Positions 60,860 to 64,000 of a stretch of DNA of 64,000 bases are shown piece by piece. A program made the translations under genes and the position numbers. How positions within the stretch are numbered: the stretch's first letter is position 1; each line of letters opens with the position of its first letter. Below the pieces are notes generated by a model. That model made no database searches. It was not told the origin of the DNA and saw only the letters and a list, made by a program, of their open reading frames with translations. Source of the stretch: a virus (Duplodnaviria; Caudoviricetes); IMG/VR virus record IMGVR_UViG_3300037484_000435, positions 384,001-448,000 of that record; one strand, 5' to 3'.

Positions 60860-61515
60860 CGAAGGTGTCTTCTCCTCTCGGCATGAACAACTACAGGCTG
60901 TATACTTTGGTAGACCTGTGCATGGTGAGTTGGACACAATGGGTCCTCTTCCTCTGAAAAATACTGGACCGGTTTCCCACATACTTGGCACTTCCCGTGC
61001 GATCTTTCTCGCAACACCACCTTCTTATCGTCTCTCATCCCAAGAACTCCTTTCATGGGTGAACATCAAGAGAACACCTATGTTCTTTGATAGTCAAGTA
61101 GATATCCTTGGCCACCTCCCCTGTTATTAAGCGAGCCTTTTGATTTTCCAGTTGCCTGCGGATACTCCTGATCTGTGCACATGCGTGAAAAAATGAGATG
61201 GGAACCCAATAGATTTCCAACACCCTATCCGGTTCTCCATCCAACACCACACTGTAGCATCTGGATCCTCTATGGTATATCCTCATCCTGTTCTCCAAAG
61301 AGAATTCTCCGATAGGGTACGCCCACCACCTCTTCTAGTCCATCCCACGTTTCTGCCGACTCTATTCTTTTAATCTTAGCAGCAGTCTCCGTCTGGATTT
61401 GTGAGATGGACTCTAGGGCTGATCTTTCAAACTCTTCCAGCTCCTTTTCTAAAGTTTTATCAGCCTCACTAATTTTTTCCATCAAGGCATTAATGCGGAA
61501 CCTCCCACTATCCAT
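60856..61515 (-). other. three small ORFs (60856-61056 Zn-finger, 61053-61298, 61270-61515)
   Basis: Coupled ORFs. Confidence 0.65.
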
Positions 61516-61528
61516 CCCTTACTCCTCA

Positions 61529-61909
61529 TTACCGCGGGGGAGTTGCTTTCACACCGGTATTTATCAGCGTACTCCCCATTGTAGACCACAGATCGGCCAA
61601 CCAAGACCTCTCTTTAGGTGATCGTTTACGAGAAACAATCCGTTTGCCACTATGTACAGCCAAATGCTTCCGCTGGGTAAGCCGCTCCAAATTTGTGGGG
61701 CCGTCGTTTAATCGGTTATGGTCCCGATGGTGTATCTCCTCCCCTTTTTGGAGCGGGCCCTCAGAGGGATTGGCCAGATGGTACACAAGAGTCGCACGCG
61801 TAAAGTATTGGTCGTTATAACATACTCTATAACGCCCATCTTTTTTAGAGATGAAATGCGTTCCTTCTTCCAACACCCTCTTGTAGAAATCCAGTTTAGT
61901 TTCTTCCAC
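61529..61909 (-). CDS. HNH endonuclease (HNH_3-like)
   Basis: RATLVY...EIHHRDHNRLNDGPTNLERLT...H...H. Confidence 0.85.
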   Translation of the reverse strand: MEETKLDFYKRVLEEGTHFISKKDGRYRVCYNDQYFTRATLVYHLANPSEGPLQKGEEIHHRDHNRLNDGPTNLERLTQRKHLAVHSGKRIVSRKRSPKERSWLADLWSTMGSTLINTGVKATPPR

Positions 61910-62792
61910 GTATTCCTCCTGTTATCCAACCCCACAACTTCGTGATTGGGTTCGTTGGTTGTTGTTTGTTTAAAGACTTGTTTAACAAATCCGCAATTGC
62001 TCTGGGGTCAACTTTTGAAGAACTTGTAGCTGGTGCAGTTCGTGTCCCGCGGGCCGTAAGGAACCCAGCCGAATGTACAAACCATTCACTCCTTTCTTCT
62101 TTGGGAACCGCTTCTAGAACAATACTAGTAGGTATTCTGATGCCATCGCGACGGGAAACCCCGACATTGTGACCATCCACATACACAATGAATTTAGCGC
62201 CCCTATCCATGAGGACGCCGTTGGTTGCTCTGTGTTGGGTATTTCTGGTGATGGCTACTTCCCCTATTATTTCTTGCGCATCTGCCTCTCTTTCAGCAAG
62301 GGTTCGTGATTGCCAGTTCTTTGCCAAGCCATCTAGTATAACAAACATTTGCTGGCATACCCAAGAATCGTCCCTATTTAATGCTTGGAAACCCCGAAGA
62401 ATCGCATGCAATCCAGTAGAAGTTAGGGCTAACAACGTCTCGTCAGGTAGCGATTTACCGAGGAGTTTCCTAGCACCTAAACCATAGGTATCCACGGTGT
62501 CTACCAACTTAACAAGCGATCTCAAATTTTTGATTATAACAGGGTCCCCATGCTGCTTTACCAAAAAAGCAAAACAGGAATGGACTCTCCCATTATTGTC
62601 TTTTTCCCCTTTGATCCCGCACTCTATGTCTAGAGCGATCTCATTGTCTGAGATATCTTCGGACTTTGAGTTCGCAGATACGAACCGCAACTTCGCTTGT
62701 GGGTTCGCATACGTCCTGTAAAACCAAGCGGATGTGACCGCGTCCACATCAACATTTACGTGAGTTACCACGTCTTTATGTTTCAACATCAT
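61896..62792 (-). CDS. DHH-superfamily-like protein lacking the DHH triad
   Basis: VTHVNVDVDAVTSAW motif 1 and IALD motif 2; no DHH. Confidence 0.55.
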   Translation of the reverse strand: MMLKHKDVVTHVNVDVDAVTSAWFYRTYANPQAKLRFVSANSKSEDISDNEIALDIECGIKGEKDNNGRVHSCFAFLVKQHGDPVIIKNLRSLVKLVDTVDTYGLGARKLLGKSLPDETLLALTSTGLHAILRGFQALNRDDSWVCQQMFVILDGLAKNWQSRTLAEREADAQEIIGEVAITRNTQHRATNGVLMDRGAKFIVYVDGHNVGVSRRDGIRIPTSIVLEAVPKEERSEWFVHSAGFLTARGTRTAPATSSSKVDPRAIADLLNKSLNKQQPTNPITKLWGWITGGIRGRN

Positions 62793-62796
62793 TCTT

Positions 62797-63393
62797 TTAT
62801 TCCTCCGATACCGCCACGGCTAGAAAGAGTTCAAAGACATCTGTGTAAAGATGACTACCAACAGGGAAAAACTGAACTAGTCCTTTTGTTGATTTGTTTT
62901 TTACACCATTTATGAGCATTTCGAAAAGCTCCGATGTTGCCCTTTCCAAATCATGCTCTTCCTCTTCAGTCCACTCCCACTCCTCATCATCTCCGTCCAC
63001 ATGCCATAGGGTTTTGACTCCTTTGAGTGTTTCTTGTATGATCCGCCCCCAAGGGCTTAAACCTTCTTTGGGAGATGGCCCATCCAAGATGGCTGCGTCT
63101 GCATTCAACTCAGGATAAGTTACTCCTAGGGCTTTCATTGTTGCTAAGAGACCATCAGCGTCTTTGTCAGCCACGATGACATCAACCCAGTCGAACTCCC
63201 CCGCCTGAAGCATCGACGAACACGAGGGATTCTTCTCTCTCGTTGAGTAGCGTGCTCTGTCACCAATGAGACGACGCACATACTCATTGCCAGGATGTTC
63301 GTGGTGATCCACCACATATACCTCTACGCCTCGCCTGTGTAACTCTGTCACGGTTCCTGTCATCTGCTTGGTAGCGGGCGTGTCGATGAACAA
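62797..63393 (-). CDS. DHH-like phosphoesterase with permuted motif order
   Basis: FIDTP, VVDHH, then ADKDADG; weak TTG start. Confidence 0.55.
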   Translation of the reverse strand: MFIDTPATKQMTGTVTELHRRGVEVYVVDHHEHPGNEYVRRLIGDRARYSTREKNPSCSSMLQAGEFDWVDVIVADKDADGLLATMKALGVTYPELNADAAILDGPSPKEGLSPWGRIIQETLKGVKTLWHVDGDDEEWEWTEEEEHDLERATSELFEMLINGVKNKSTKGLVQFFPVGSHLYTDVFELFLAVAVSEE

Positions 63394-63795
63394 AACGTTG
63401 CTTGGGTTTTACCCTTTCTATTGTTTTCCTGAATGATTTAGAATACTCGGGTTCAGGTTTCATATAACTGTAGAAGAAGGACCACTTTCCTAGTGACAGC
63501 CCAAAATCCTTAGTTCGACGAAAACCCACCATCTTTTCCACCTTTTTCCTTTCTTTTGATTCATTTTTCTTTATTAACCCTATCTAACCCTTAGATCCTT
63601 ATTGAGGTAAGTGGGTACTTATCAAAAGGCTCTAATGAATTATTCGTGCAGGCGGACAGGGGAATAGATTCATTGTCTTATTATTAATATATTAGACGCG
63701 TGTGCCCTCCCACGTGAGACTGCTATCCCTTAGGACTGAGTATCACGTGGAAGTACACGAGACGGGAATCCTAACCAACAGGAGGATCTAGTCCC

Positions 63796-64000
63796 TCACT
63801 TCTTGTTGGCGTCTGTCCTCTTCAGATACTCCTCTGCCCGCCTTAGGGTATCCGAGCTACTTCGCAGGGCGTCTTGTGCACACTTACCTGTGCATAAACT
63901 TTCCGCCCTGTACCTATCCATCAGTGGGTTTTGCCTGAGCAAGTCCTTGGTGCATTGATCTACACAAGGTTCGGCCCATATCACACTGGGCAGTAACGCA
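63796..64000 (-). CDS. Cys-containing secreted-type protein, 5' end outside the window
   Basis: Frame open to the window edge; CVDQC...CTGKC. Confidence 0.55.
   Translation of the reverse strand, partial: ALLPSVIWAEPCVDQCTKDLLRQNPLMDRYRAESLCTGKCAQDALRSSSDTLRRAEEYLKRTDANKK

Noticed and set aside
63284-63541. ORF as an N-terminal frameshifted part of the DHH-like gene
   Set aside because: Would need a +1 shift with no clear signal, and the sequence shows no DHH-like features; left unresolved.
1-64000. CRISPR array or cas genes
   Set aside because: No run of equal-length direct repeats with unique spacers and no Cas motifs seen.
1-64000. Stop-codon reassignment (as in some large phages)
   Set aside because: Standard code already gives dense coupled ORFs, and TAG/TGA stops are followed by SD and start codons.

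Overview
This 64 kb window looks like the accessory and host-takeover region of a large (jumbo-type) tailed phage. It has no replication, portal or terminase core. Genes run on the minus strand at 1-2.3 kb, form a densely packed plus-strand run at 2.7-49.8 kb (with two small inverted inserts), and return to the minus strand at 50-64 kb, where intergenic spacers are long and share repeated motifs. Recognisable products are GroES, Hsp20, two ClpP proteases, a metacaspase, a peptide deformylase with a SEC-C tail, a PAS-only protein, a hybrid histidine kinase, PyrE, PyrD, an M23 peptidase, a P-loop kinase, a metallophosphoesterase, an ATP-grasp protein, a sulfotransferase-like protein, NADAR, an antirepressor/ImmA-like pair, two DHH-like proteins, many HNH, GIY-YIG and LAGLIDADG nucleases, and more than 20 small Zn-ribbon proteins. 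An anaerobic deltaproteobacterial (Desulfobacterota-like) host is suggested by inference only. The main unexplained signals are: (1) an ORF-free, roughly 600-nt densely base-paired element at 50.0-50.6 kb whose G-U pairs fix it on the minus strand, with its own promoter-like motif and end hairpin, matching no RNA class I can recognise; (2) two divergent major-capsid-like paralogs lying outside any head module; (3) a type I toxin-like micro-locus; (4) a degenerate tRNA-Thr overlapping a CDS; (5) two private promoter-motif classes and hairpins displaying start-less Shine-Dalgarno sequences. All family calls come from motif recognition by eye; no database searches were run.
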